Below, piece by piece: positions 38,200 through 51,258 of a stretch of 64,000 nt of DNA. Location of the stretch: the NCBI GenBank assembly GCA_964036045.1, contig OZ038378.1:141298001-141362000 (forward strand), given 5' to 3'. Position 1 is the stretch's first letter. Every line of letters starts with the position of its first letter. The notes under the pieces were generated by a model. That model saw only the letters and a program-made list of their open reading frames with translations, was not told the origin of the DNA and did not search any database. The position numbers and the translations under genes are program-made. The DNA comes from Eutreptiella sp. 'Long Island Sound 2002'. Its lineage: Eukaryota; Protista; Euglenida.

Positions 38200-39921
38200 C
38201 GGCCAATTGTAAAGGGCCCCTGGTTAAAGGTCCAGTGTGAGGGAGTGAAGGCCGCACCCCCACGACTTGCTCCGCAGGGGAGTGCAGCCGACGTCGTAGG
38301 AAGCTGACGGCGCCAAGGGGGACGGGTGGTGCCCGGCAGGGAACCATCGCCGCCCGAGGCCCTCCGAGTGCACCCCCTTGTGTGCCACAAGTGGACAAGC
38401 CCTGAGAACGTCGGGGGCGCCCTCCGTGCGACACGAGACGCCACAGATGGGCGGTGAGAGAGCGTCTTGCACCAGCACGAGGCCAGCACCGCGATGCAAA
38501 GGTTGCCCAAAGCCGAGAATAGCGTGCGCACAGCGGTAGGAGCGACAAAGTGGCCAGCAAACACGAGATTAGGATAGGGGCACAAGAGGGATAACAGGGC
38601 AACGAGGAGCAGGGCCGTGGGCTTGCGGTTGCAGCCCCAAAGGCCGTACCCTGCCCCTTTCAGCCAATTGCACAACGGCAAATCCGCGGCATGCTCCTCG
38701 GCGCTGTCCAGGAAGGCGATGCCATGCCGATGCTCCCGGTGGGAGAGCCATGTGGGCATTGCAGACATGATTAGAATGGACGACGAGTGCGGGCCGCAGG
38801 ATGCGAGCCCTGAGATCACTATGGACGGGATAGGAGCCAAGTGGAGGGATGACAGGGAATTCACGGACGTCACCCTCGTCAGGGGCGCCGGCAACGGACG
38901 TGCTCGCGTCCTTCCTCTTGCAAGGCAAAATACTATGGGTTACCCTCACCATGAAGGACTTGTCGGAGGCACAGACAGCAACCCTCAGAAGGATACTAGG
39001 GGTGGAGCGGGCGCATACAGGTTCCGCGAGAGCGGCTCACACCGAAGTACTCGAGCACGTTACGGCCGACACGTAGCGCTGGAACGAAGTACGGGGGCAT
39101 ATGGTGAATGCCTTGCGGCAACAAGCGAAACTATTCCGGAAGAAGATGTATCAATCAATCAATCAATGGTAATGGTGGCCATCCACACGGCGGCGGTGAG
39201 GCTCAACGGCCATGACAACATTTCCGTTGGGGAACCGGGGGTGGTATGGAACATCGCAGACCTTGTTGAAAGGGACGTGGACAACGAAGAGGAGGTCATG
39301 GACCTAGTAGCAGTACGCCAGCTCTTCACAGCATCACAGGCCACCCAACCAAGGAGGCCAACGGCGCGAGCTGGAGACCTCGCGGTGCAGCTTGCCGTCG
39401 CCCCAAGGAGACGGCGCCCACAAGAGAAGCTACAGAGGAAGGTCGCAGAGGACGCCCTGGAGGCCTCCCAAAAGGCCAAAGCCCGGGCCAAGCAAGTGAT
39501 CTGAGCCATAACAGCGGCCCCGCCGGACCTCCGCGCGGTAGTAGAGCTGGGAGACAACTGGATAGACCCGGTCCTCGGCGATGAGGAGGTCCTACCGCAA
39601 GAGATCCTCCTAGTAGTCTGAGCGGCTCTTCAAGGGCAAGAGGACGAGGCCACGGCCAACAACCCCAAGGCTGAGAGGGGGTTTCAAGATATGGTGGAGG
39701 TCGCAATCCCGAGAGGAGCTACGGTGAAAAACATCAAGCGGTTCTTGGACCTCGCGTTCGAGGACACCTACCACAGGGGGGAGACTCCTTGGGTTTGGAC
39801 GGCAACTAACCCCGCTTCCATTAACCGTTGGCCGGAGGGGGTGTTTTGGGAGGGGCGGGGGGGGGGGGGGGGCTGGGAGGGGCTTTGGGGGCCACATGCC
39901 CCCAAGGCCAAGCGTTGGTGA
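38200..39921 (+). pseudogene. Interrupted long ORF, probably retroelement-derived, family not recognised
   Basis: ORF 38617-39504 continues through two stops to 39921 (...MVEVAIPRGATVKNIKRFLDLAFEDTYHRGETPWVW...). No splice-consistent structure was found. Confidence 0.3.
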
Positions 39922-39970
39922 ATCACAAGCCTCCCTTACCTCCCCTTGCCCTCCCTTTAACCACACCATC
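39880..39970 (+). repeat. Dispersed ~90-bp repeat (second copy at about 53005-53092)
   Basis: gggggccacatgcccc(c)aaggccaagc(g/a)ttggtgaatcaca...taaccacaccatc appears in both places. Confidence 0.75.
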
Positions 39971-40453
39971 CGCCATCTTCCTCGTACACTCGATGTGTTG
40001 ATGTCGCTTGGTGTCCTCCCAGAGCGGCACATGCCTGTCATGGGGGCAAAGGCTGATTAAACTCCTGGACGTTGTGCGACGGGTGAAGCGGGTGACGGAC
40101 TGGATGTGCCCCCTCACCCCAACCCCCCACCCGCCCCTTGCCCACCGTTGGTGTCTCGGCGCGACGGAAGGACCGGGCACCCAGGGTCAAGTATCCGCCG
40201 CCTCTCCCCTACCATGGCCTCGTCTTGTGCTCCTAGAACGCCCTGAGGACGCCGAGGCGGCGCACGACCTCCGTGAGGCCTCCTCATCATCGTCGTCGTC
40301 GCCCCCTCCCCTTGGAGGGGGGGGGGGGGCAAGGTGCGCACACGCCTCCCATCCCGAGGAGCGTGCGCTGTCGCGCCTGTCATGGGGGCGGATTCCGCGG
40401 GTCCAAGTACGCCAATTACCCCCCCCCCCCCCCAAGGTGCCTCCGGTCAACAT

Positions 40454-40715
40454 TTAGTAGTCAAAGGTGTCGGCCTTCGGAGTCCCAGGGCCCCAAAGGT
40501 ACCCGACGCTCCATAGGCACCAAAGGTGCCCGGAGGAAAGTTTTGTCCACTTTGGACCCCAACACTATCCTTAAACCCAACCTTGACCCTAACACCCACC
40601 CCAACCTTCAGCCTAGTCCTAAGGCTACTCCTAACCCTAGCCCTAGCCCTAATCCTCACCCTAACCCGAGCCCTACTCAAGACTGGATATTGAAACTGAG
40701 CTGAGGGGGAAGTGG
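40454..40715 (-). repeat. Telomere-like-array element, copy 2 (reverse)
   Basis: (ccctaa/ccctag)-type array at about 40575-40680, flanked by the reverse complements of both conserved flanks. Confidence 0.75.
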
Positions 40716-41559
40716 GGCGCGCATGCAATAGCTAAAAGCACAAGAAAGTTGGTGCATGCCATACAGCTTGAGTGCGATTTTACCTGCATCGTAGCAAAAT
40801 GCACAATCATTGGAAGTTTGAGACCCATTTTCAAGGCATTCTGGGATTTTTGGGGCGCCAAAACGGGCCACCTAGGATCATTTTTGAAAAAAAATAATTT
40901 TTTCCTCTCCCGTGGACTTCATTGACACGTTTTGGCACCCAACTCTTGGGGCTTCTTCTTGCAGCTTGCCATAGCCCAATGAGCCTAGGTACGCGGGGCT
41001 AGGCGTCCGTTTGGGTAGTTCTAGGGTGGGGGGGGGGCTTGAGTTTCCACAAGAAGTGGGTGTTTGCGGGTGGGCTAGGTGCCCTCGAAATCGCGTTATG
41101 AGCCTCGTAGCCCAAGGTAGGGCTCGCTCTTGGTTTAAAGTTGACAACAGCTAGTGTGCACAAATTCTCGGGCTTTTGGGGGCCATTTAGGGGCTTTTCT
41201 TGGACGCATCGGGGACTTAGGGCGCCCTACAGGGCTCTTTGACACGGGGAAGTCAAGATGCATGTAGAGCGTAGCCACCATTTCCCTTCATTTTTGAACA
41301 CTTTCTATTTTGAACAGGTTCTAGGGCAATTTTGGGCAAAAAAAAGCCCGTTTTTGGCCCTAAAATGCAGCTTTTCAAATTTGGGTCGGCCACTTGCGAC
41401 ACCCACTCATGGCCCTCACCTTTGAGTTCCTTGCCGAAACTTTGTGTGATTGTCCTTCACACCCACGGGTATCATCCACGAAAAGTTCAATTCAATTTGG
41501 GGCACCACAACCGAGTTGTGATTTTTGCCCCTTTCCTGCTTGCTTGCTGCTACTTACTG

Positions 41560-42060
41560 CTGCTAAACCATACAAGCCACGAAGGGGTCATGGTGCGAAG
41601 GGAGGAGGTGAAGGTGACTCTGAGACGGGCGGGCAACAATGACTCCGAAGAGGAACCCAACACGGGCTCGTCCACAAAGAACCGTTGGGGCGAGAAGAGC
41701 AAACCGCTGAAGGGGTGGTTCATGGGGTGCGTTGGCTGTGGTGAAGATCACCGCTGGTCTGCATGCCCGGCGGTCGGGCAAGTGGGGCAGCACACACGTT
41801 GCACAAGGCGCCGTCAACCACCAGGAGCGACAAGTGTTCCAAGAGAGGACGAGGTTGTAACAAGAGCCCCGAGAGGAGAGAAGACCGCGAGTCGACGAGG
41901 AGCGCAGCCGTAGCTGCAACAAGAGTCGGCGACAACGTGATGATCACAGCGGGAGGCACAGAGGGAGCAACAAAAGGGAAAGGCGGCGCGAAGACAAAAG
42001 GAGTTGCTAGTCGAGGTCCCCATCACCCCCCCCCCCCCCCCGAGGGGGTGAGCCCGACGT
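41560..42060 (+). mobile_element. Retroelement ORF1-like fragment with zinc knuckle
   Basis: CVGCGEDHRWSACP (CX2CX3HX4C) in ORF 41332-41913, followed by an R/E-rich low-complexity segment. Confidence 0.3.
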
Positions 42061-42440
42061 GACCGCGGGGGGGGGGGGGGCGACAAGCACTGTCTCATCC
42101 ACTGCTGCCCGCGCCCAAAGGGTGGCACTAGCCGCAGGCGTGCGAGCTATGGTGGATGGGGCACAAAGCCTTTTTTGTGATACGGGGGGAGGGGGGGGTG
42201 AAATCTTGGAGGAGGCAGGCACTTTTTTTCAGGGCAGGCACTGCTTTTGTCCTACCCCTACCCTAGGGGGGGGGGGGGGCGGTCAAGGAGGCAGGCACCC
42301 ACTCACCGCCTTGTCCACAGTACCTACCCACCTCTGGTACATCCAGCTCAGGGGCGGAATAGATATTTCACTTTGAATCTATTTCCTCACAAAATCTCAG
42401 CCTGGCCCAACATGCTGCAGCTGGCGCCTTAATTCCCCAA

Positions 42441-42522
42441 GCGCCAAGGATTCGAACCCAGGACCTCTGGACCGCACGTGTAATATAGTACCGTGTAATA
42501 TAGTACCGCTAGGGTACTGACC
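42441..42522 (-). repeat. tRNA-Pro-like SINE head with internal 16-bp duplication
   Basis: Minus strand reads GGTCAGTACCCTAGCGGTACTATATTACAC(GGTACTATATTACAC)GTGCGGTCCAGAGGTCCTGGGTTCGAATCC. AGAGGTCCYGGGTTCRAATCC resembles the 3' half of tRNA-Pro. No acceptor-stem pairing. Confidence 0.6.
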
Positions 42523-42999
42523 GGATCTGGGACCATACTGCTCAGGGACAGAATCAAAATTTTGCTTACAAATATTTTCCCAAAAAATGCTGACCCACTC
42601 TTGGCCTACCCCCACCGGGGGGGGGGGGGGTGATCCCGCTGAGGGCACCCAAAATTTCGAAAAAGGCATGCAGGCACCCCCCCCCCCCCCGGGGGGAGGG
42701 TATCCAAGCCACTAAAAAAAGGCTTGTGGGGCACGCGCACCCCCCCCCCCCCACAACCCTCGCGGACCCAACCCGAATGGCGGCCGCACGAAAGAGAGGG
42801 GCAGCCCCGGCAGCAAGGGTGGAGCCCGCGGGCACCCGAGCCGCCAAGGTACAAGGATATCGTCAAATACGGCAAGGTAAACGGGATGGCGCAAGCCGGG
42901 TGAGGGCTTAGAAGCATATGTAACACGCGTGACGCGTGAGGCGCATATACAAGCTCTCTAAACTGGGGAGAGACAAGTCCAATGATGGCTCAGAGCCCG

Positions 43000-45900
43000 A
43001 GTGCACCGTCAGCAATGTACCGTCAAGACGTGAAGCCTAGAGTGGCTAGGAGAGAGGTCCAAGAAGCTGCTGTTGGCAGCTCCCCATGGACGATTGAGTC
43101 CAAAGGCCCGGGTACCTCACATGTGCCAGCCAGCGACAACCGGGGCTTGTGACACATGATGTCATCACCGCCCCCTGAACCAATCACATTGCGACACATT
43201 TTATTGATTGAGCAGAGTGCTGCGCCGTGGCAAGAGAGGCAGAGGACACAGGTGCCACTCCATGGGGTCGCCCGTGATGACGGGAACGTAGGGGGCCCGC
43301 CCAAGAGTGATGGTGTGGGTAGCAAGAGCGAGAGTGGCTGGAAAACCAAGGTCTCAGGGAGCTGGCGCGCCCGTCATCAACGGGCAGGCAGCCTGGATGC
43401 AACGGCGCGGTGCAAGCAAGAGGTGACGACACGGCAACACAACGTGGGAGTGACGGCAGTGCGTGCGTCCATAGGAGCGTCACCTGGGACAAGGAGACGG
43501 AGCCCTGCCCCAGGCAGGCCTGACGCAACTAAGCCTGAGGTACCGGCAAAGCACCAGAGGGCCAAGAAGGCCACAAGATTGTGGCCCACAGGTCCGGAGT
43601 GCAAGGGACAACGCAATAGCGGGACAAGCATAGTACACCGGACGATGGCAAGACCAGCAGGGGAGGGGAAGGAGTCCAGCTACTGGGCAATGCCGCCAGT
43701 GGGGAGGCGAGAAATGTGCCACGGGCACCAACACAGCAACACGCGGAACTGGGCAGCGCAAGCATCGGCGGTGGGCCTGTGATTGCGCGGTTCAACGCAC
43801 TCCGAAGGGAGAGGTTCAAGAGTCGAAGCATACACACGGCGTCCCGTGACAGCGAGCCACAAGGAGCACTGGTGACCCAGCAAGGGAGGGAGGGAGGCCC
43901 AAGGGCCGGGAGGGGGTTGCCAAGAGACGGGTGCCAAAGGGAACAAAGGGAAGCTCGCAAAAACGTAGAGTGCGGGTGTACACATCTACGTGTGGCAAGT
44001 GAGTGGCCTCGAGAGGAAAGCGGACGGCTAGAGAGAGAGGAGCGTTCGAGTGGGTACGCCATGACCCCAGAGGCCTGTACAAGTGCGAATAAACGCAACA
44101 CGAGGGGCCCAAAGGCACGCACGGAGGACGAGTGAGCCTGCATTACGTGCAGGAGGGGTAGGGGTGAGAAACGCCTCTTGCCCGCGCCCCATGCGCCCTC
44201 TCATGCCGTTGTGTCAAGGCGAGGACATGCGCCCCGAGCTGGACAACTAGCTGCCGGGATGGGTGATGGGATGGGAGATCACGCTGCTAGCAGCAAAGGG
44301 GCATCCCAGTGTGCCACCACCCTCTGCGGAGCTGGAGGTCTTCCCTCAACCTTTGAGGTGGAACATGCAATGATGCATGAGATCGACCTGCAAGCTTGGG
44401 TGCTGGACAAAGTTACTAGGTGGCAAACGTGGCCGACATACGAGAGCCCGGTGTGGCGGATGGCCCTCAAGAAGAGCATGGGGGTGCCCCAGCACAACCC
44501 CAACGGTGGTGCACGATCCATGGCATGGGAAAAGCGGCGCGGCGAGCGGCGATTTTGAGGGGACCAACAGTGTCTTGGCAGTAAAAGGATCGGCGGTCTT
44601 GCGTGATGGGGACCACGGTGTCCACCCGCCCAGGACGGCAACCGTCTCCCTTCCGCAGCAGCTGCACCACCCCCACATCCCAGCAAGCTCTAACGACGGA
44701 CTGTCGGGGGCTAACCCAGAGACCTCCAAATCAGCCGACAGTAGGACCACCTTGGCCGGGGGTTGGAGCAGCGATGATGAAGAAGAGGCAAGCGGAGTGC
44801 ATGAGAGTGAGTCTAATTTCACACTACAAGTGGCAGCACCGAATGTGCGCGGTTATGACCGTAAGAAGATTGAAATCAAAGCGACCACGGCACGGTTCCG
44901 AGTGGACGCCTTGGCCCTCACAGAGAACCGGTCCAACGCACAAGGCCTAGTGCCAAGGGAGGATTACAATCTATGGGAATCGGGTGCGGAAGGGGCGGAT
45001 GGCCACACCCTCCTCGTCCACAAAAAAGCGCAGCTCGCCGTAGTGCTATAAAAACCCACGCATGACGTGTTCACCCAGCGGGTTCGTTATGGCACGAAAG
45101 ACTTGGTGCGTGTTGGCATGGTGTATGCTAGGCCAGGTAAGCTGGTGCACCAAGTTTTGGATGGCCTGCAAGACCTCATTCGGCGGGCGCTAGGCCTCAT
45201 GGTGCTTCTTGGTGACTTCAACCGCGACGCACTGCGGTGCGAGGGGTACAGAGAAAAGCTAATAGAACGGGGCTACACGGCGCACCCTGGCAGGTGGACG
45301 TGGACACGGAGAGGGGCAGGAGCACACACGCGGGAACGCTCCATGCTGGACTTTGTCTTGGCACCTAGCTATCTTGTCATACCTTGCGTCCAAGTCTTGG
45401 GGCAGATACCGGTCACGATGGACCATCTCATGGCACTCGCGGAGATCAAGATACTGGCAGCGTACAAGGCATCACCAATAAGAACGCAGCTGCGCGTGGT
45501 GCAAACAAGCCTCTGCAACATGAATGAGAGATTTGGAGGCAGCTGCGAGAGAGCACAACAAGTGGGCGCAGCACTATATACCCCACCTGGTGCTACCAAT
45601 GCAAGAGTGGGCCGAGTCCCCCGTGGGGATCCTGACGTGGGCGGTGTGCCTGTTGGAAGATCTCATGGGGGCCAGAGTGGAGGCCGAGGAGTGGGGGACA
45701 CCAATGGCCTGCAAGCGGAGGTGGGTGGCACACGCCAGGTACCAAGAGGTACAAGCGACACAACTGCACCACGGTCCCATCGAACGAGAAGCTTGGTTTA
45801 GGGTGTGGACATGCCGAGGGAACGTGCTCACACCAATCATAGTGATCAATGACGCCGCTGAGCTCCAGTGCACAGGCGAAGTGATGATGAGCAATTTACC

Positions 45901-46600
45901 CAGCACATGGAGCGATAACACGGTATGCGGACTAGTATCTTCCCCAACACAAGCACAGGGCTAACCGACCTAGATTTCCCCTATCATCGCGTATGAAGGC
46001 GGTGGCGGGGAGACAACCGAGAGCCCCAAGTAAGTCAGGGTGTCTGACAGAAGCAGAAAAGCTGCTGACAACCCTGTTGGTAGGGACACTCCGAGGCGCG
46101 GTAGAGGCTACGGGCCAGCTACCATATGTGGAGCCGGTGCTAAGATTTGCCATACACGTGCCGATCTACAAGGGGCTCGAGTTAGGACGGGAGAAAACAA
46201 GAGGCCGATAACCATGGAGGAAGAGATTGCAAAAGTGGTGGCCCTCTTGATCACCAAGTAGACGGAGCAATACGTGGCAATGGGCGCACCAAACGGGCCG
46301 GTCAGCGGGCAATGTCCCCTGCCTACAACCCATGTTGCTAGATAGCACATGCGAGGCATGAGGCATAGTGCTTTGCTACAAGAGGGACCGCAACAACGTG
46401 TACGGGATAGTGGACCTCGGAGGGGTGGTGTTCCTCCCGTAGGAGGCAGGACTGGACCCTCCAAAGCGTTGGTACTAGCGGTATGTCATTGGGCTCACAT
46501 AGTGTCTATGATGCTGTGCCCATAGGCACCACGCAAGTGTGGCGCTTTCAAGTGGGGGTCTACCAGGGATCCCCACTAGGGCCCAAGCCTGGCGGGTCTT
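43000..46600 (+). mobile_element. Decayed APE-type LINE (ORF1-like region, APE endonuclease, RT truncated after the QG motif)
   Basis: APNVRGY...DALALTEN (44830-44935), LLGDFN...TW...MLDFVL...MDH (45067-45430), HVPIYKG...RPITMEEEIAK (46150-46240), VGVYQGSPLGP (46550-46585). Stops and frameshifts throughout. Confidence 0.82.
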
Positions 46601-47039
46601 CACCCAAGAGTGGGACGGCGGCACCTCCTCCACTACCCACTGGTGCGCCCTCCGCATTGGATTTCAGGGGCGCCTCCGCTAGTGTTGCTGCCGCTGGCGG
46701 CTCATACACTAGCGCCACCTCCAGTGCCCCGAACTCTGCCATTGCCCCCCCCCCCCCCTTCGGCTACATGTCTGCCTGGGGCCATGCCCGGGAGCTCACT
46801 CACTTGTCGTGTTGTCCACCCACGGGTCAAGCTAGGCTGCCTACCCACCAGCAGCTTCCTATCCTCGCAAGGAGCCGCTACTGTGGAGGTTGCTGCATCC
46901 TGTGTGGTTGTGGGTATGAGCTCCAAATCCTCGGCGGCTCGCTTGCGTGCTTCCGTAGATTTGTGCCGCTTGGTGGAAGTATTGCTTTCTAGTTCACTTC
47001 CGGGTTCCCACACACACCCAAGTGTATGAGTTTGCCCGA

Positions 47040-48730
47040 GCCCGACGGTGGTGGACATCCACGAGTATCCCCATGAGAGGACCGCCCCCCCCCCCCCCCT
47101 TGGTCGAATGAATGTTCCAGTCAGCGGAAGTGGTACTGTTTCAAGTTTAACCACATTGTCTACTTTTTGACAGTGGTAAACACACGGTGTTTGTCACCGT
47201 TAGGTTACCCACGCACTGTCCCCTCGTAGGCAGTTGTATTTATTTCTGCCCGCGCACCCACCCATGACACATGTGGTTGGAGAGCCGGTCGAGTCCTCGG
47301 ACCATTGCCTGCGGTGGCCCCCACGTTAGTGCGGACGGCCACTTGCGCTCCACCTCCACGGTAGCTACGAGACCAGCACTCTTGCATCTTCACGCAAGAG
47401 CCTCATCGCATCCACCATCCCCCCCCCATTTTGTCTAGGGCTCTCTTCATTGTGCATTATGTTGCCTCCGCGCCCTGCTGGAATCATCGCATTGCTGCCT
47501 ACTCTACCAAGGCTCTTCGGGTGTTGTTGATCACTCTCACTTGCTAGTGTATCTTGCCTGGTACATTGCCAACCAAGGGTGGTGCACCCCCAACACTACG
47601 AAGAACACGTGCCACACCGTGTGAGAGTCGACTTTAAAGTGCAATCGTTGCTTTCTCCTGCTGAATCTTCCAGTCGGTGCTGCTAGCTTGTAGATGTCCC
47701 GTTCCCCTAGGACCATGCCTTGCGTCCGTGCTATCACTCACCATAGTTGGCGAGGTGTATGGTGGTGGACACCCACTCTGACATTGCAACCTTCACTCTG
47801 CGGCGCAGCCCAGTGCCTGCCACTACTCCCAGCACCTGGCTACGCAGGATTGATATGCCCTGTTTCATTGGATGGCGGGCCGCCTGGGCGTACTTTGGGT
47901 GGCAGATGGCCTTGGAGACCGGTCTGGCCTCCCGACTACTCTAGTCCATTGAAAGGTGCTCTTCTTTGGCTTGCACTTGGCGCAATGGATACCTAGGCGC
48001 CACTGCATCTTGCCGCTCCAACATATCCACTTACTAGAGCTGCTTTTGACGCAGTTGGGACTACTCCAGTGTCTGAGTACCTCTCGGGATCAAAAGCATG
48101 CTCCACTCCATCTGACCAAATCTTTGGGGGGGTCTGTGTGCCCAGAGCCTACCTCGCCATGTACCACACCTCCTAGTATAGACTGACGAGGGAAGATGTC
48201 ACGGTCATGGGGTATGTGCTTGCGGACACACAAGCGACCACAATGACCACGGCGGTCATGCGTAGTGCAGAAATAGCGCGCATGGCTGTCCCGCTGCAGG
48301 CACCACAGACACATGGATTGCTCCCAAGAGGGGGCCGCCAAGAGCATATGGAGCGGCACATTCATGACCCCGAGAAGTGGCGACCACCGAGAGCTCTCCA
48401 CCCGTGCATGGAGCAGCTCCTTCCGGAAGAGCCTAAAGTGGGGCTCGACTTGGTGCCGCTACACCTGGGCATATAGCACCTGACGTTGACGGTGCCCCAA
48501 GTTCTGAGCACCACGAGGAAATGACCACATGCTTCTGCTGCCGTGCCAACGGGGGAGGTGGAAAGGAGTGATGGACCAAGACCCAATGGAGGCTATAGGA
48601 GGGTGCCTTGATGAGGGTGCTCAGCCATACGTGCATAGTGGCAAAAGGAGAAAGCACCCATGACTGGGCGGTGGTCCTCAAGGAACCGGGGAGTGTACCG
48701 CTAGCAATATTATGCGTGGAGTTCAAGCAT
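47040..48730. mobile_element. Fragmented retroelement-like coding debris
   Basis: Multiple interrupted complex ORFs with no consistent exon structure, adjacent to the LINE. Family not identified. Confidence 0.25.
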
Positions 48731-49268
48731 TGGGCGGCACTCGTGCAGTCCTACATGGTCGACGGCTGACTAGGTCTGCGACCACGGACTGGGGCCAAAA
48801 CATGGCAAAGTGGCCACGCAGGGAGGGAGTCAACACAAGACGAGTGCGTGGCCGTGCGCACGGCGTGAGAAGGGCAGAGAACACACCCAGGGCAGCCAAA
48901 CCCCCCCCCCCAACCTCTATAGTGCCGCATACCTTAGGCCTTCAACGCCACACCGAGGCCGGACGACGGGTCGGGTGCCTGTCAAAACTAAAACCAAAAC
49001 CACCTCCCCTCCCCGCCCATGACGATATGATGATTACGAAATTCAGTCTGGCCGAAACACTGATGCTGGGTCCCTCCTCCACCAAACACAAGAGAATGCA
49101 CTGCAAAGGGATTGAGCAGATAGCTGAATACATTGTCCATAGGTCGTTAGTGTCATTTGTTGCCAACGTTGATTTCGTTCACCCCAGCCGCATCTTTGGC
49201 ACAACTATTTCGGCCTATTTCGGCCGGAGCTTGAACTGTCACTATTGTGATTAGTCCTGGATACTCAC

Positions 49269-49289
49269 CTGATGAACTTGAGGATGAAT
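49269..49289 (-). CDS. Candidate 21-nt microexon of the same gene
   Basis: cattgcattgctgtag|ATTCATCCTCAAGTTCATCAG|GTGAGT. Strong splice sites; phase 1-1, so the frame is preserved (adds DSSSSSS). Confidence 0.3.
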
Positions 49290-51148
49290 CTACAGCAATG
49301 CAATGCGGAGAAATGAACATCTCTTCCAATGTAATGTCATCACAACACAAGAAAGTAGGAATATTGTGCTTTTTTCCCTTGTCAGACCGTGTCTTGCGCT
49401 TTCCCGGGGGGGAGGGGGCACCCTGTTATTTATTGCGTCACTTATTACAGCTGCACTCACTGAAAGGCTGCCCAAAAGAGCAGAACAAAATACCCCCCGC
49501 CCCTTGCACAAGCACGCTGAAAGACAGGAAAACAACGGTCAGACAGGCACCCGTGCTTAGACAAGCCTGTGCTTGCGCGCGACGCGCGGTGTCAAAAGAT
49601 CATACCTCCCCCTCACTCTGACAGAGACCCATTTTATGCTCTTTGCCTAAAGAGTAAATTTGGCCACGTTCCAAAAGAGCATGATGCTCAAGCTTGTGGC
49701 CATTCCGGGTGGAAAGAAATCATCCCCACGAGAAGCAAGACCAATAATTGTGGCGGGCACATTTTCACCGGTGGACTGGATGTACATAACAACCATGCCA
49801 GCAATAGCCATTAACCATGGCTGAAAATCACATCAAAACAGACAGCATTGGGTTGCAGTTGCAAGCAGAATGTTGGGATGAGCAGGAGGAACTGTCACAA
49901 GCAGGATCCAGCCCCCATTTCCCTCTACAACCGCACCACAACCACGTCACGTTACATTTCTGACAACAAAAATTGTGGTCAGAAAAACCCAGAAAAATGA
50001 CGGTCAGACGGGCTCCAGTGCTTGTGCAGGCGGGGGGGGCACATTTTCTGCAAGCAACAAGGAGGTACAGATTTCCAGTTGATGTCCTGTGACAGTGACA
50101 GAAAGCGCAAGGAATCCTGGTGTGTGACTTGTGATGACAATACAGTGGAAGGAGTGCATAACCTGGGCGATGGCAGAGCTGCAGATTCACCGTGCATGCA
50201 ACGAACAACTGGCAAGCAGCAGTACACAGCAGCCATTGCACACAAAATGACAATGGACAGTTTTGTAATCGTCATTTTGTCATCTCAGGCTTAACCCCGC
50301 CCCCCCCCCCACCCATACCAAAATAATTGTGTCACTAATATATCCACCCCTGGTACCCGGATTCACTATTGGGGCGTTCCCACGCCATTCCACCCGCTGG
50401 TCTGGAAAGGAGGTTCAAGGAGGAGGGGGGAGGTTTGGGCCCACGGGGTCAGCTCCCTCACAATTGGTTGTCCGTGACCGCTCCTGTGCGCCTGGACTTG
50501 CAGCGGCCCCCACGTTGTACAAACGCCAGGCCCCTGCCCATGCACATGCTTTGCATGCCAGCACATACGTGAACCGCAATGCCCCTGCACAGCGAGGAGG
50601 GCCTGGCGGGGTGGTGCAGAAAGCAGCCCAGCAATGACACGGCACCAGGATTCTCGGATGCCCAAGTGCCAGGCATAAAAAAGGAAATGGATCCAGGAAG
50701 GATACCGGCGCTTGCCTGGGGCCCCCGTGGTGTGCCTAGCGAGCTGGTGGGCCTCAATACGCCCCATAATTACCTCCTGATCTCACATGTCGGTGGGTAT
50801 GCGCACGCATTGGCAATGGAAAAATGAGGTATCACTACCTCTGTGTACCGATCTATTGGTGTGTTGGCCTGGTCTGCAGGGCACCTTCACAGAGGTGACA
50901 TGGACATTCCGCAGTATTTGTCTGCTGTAGGCAGCTGACGCCATGTGCAAGGGGACTGCGGCCTGCGCTGTGAGTGAGGACTGCATGCTCCTGGGGAAAG
51001 TGCCCTGCGCCTGCATCAACAGGAGGAGCATTGGGTTCCAGCCAAGCGGATGGTATGAGAGTGTGGGAGAGTTTGACAGCGAAACGGGGGCTGAGACAGT
51101 CGGTGGCAGTGTACAACACCAGCACGGCGCACGAGGCAAGCGCAATAC

Positions 51149-51258
51149 CTTCCAAAAAGTCGGGCTGTGAGGCCTCGTACATGAGGTCCTGGAACACGGC
51201 CTGTTCCTCTTTTAAGAAGTGGTAATGCAGAAACGTCTTGTAGCCGTGAATGAACTTG
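51149..51258 (-). CDS. Internal exon with hemerythrin-like HF.KEE motif
   Basis: gtcccctgcag|C AAG TTC...TTG GAA G|GTATTG; 110 nt; encodes KFIHGYKTFLHYHFLKEEQAVFQDLMYEASQPDFLE. Confidence 0.62.

Noticed and set aside
48712-49254. Plus-strand 180-aa ORF and a possible C/D snoRNA (ATGATGA...CTGA at about 49027-49063)
   Set aside because: No recognisable motif or splice-consistent partner for the ORF, and the box C to box D distance (about 37 nt) is too short.
51149-51258. Beta-carbonic anhydrase N-terminus (GY..F....F..E...F..L....Q.P pattern)
   Set aside because: The CxDxR motif does not follow in any candidate exon; the HF.KEE motif and neighbouring exons fit hemerythrin better.
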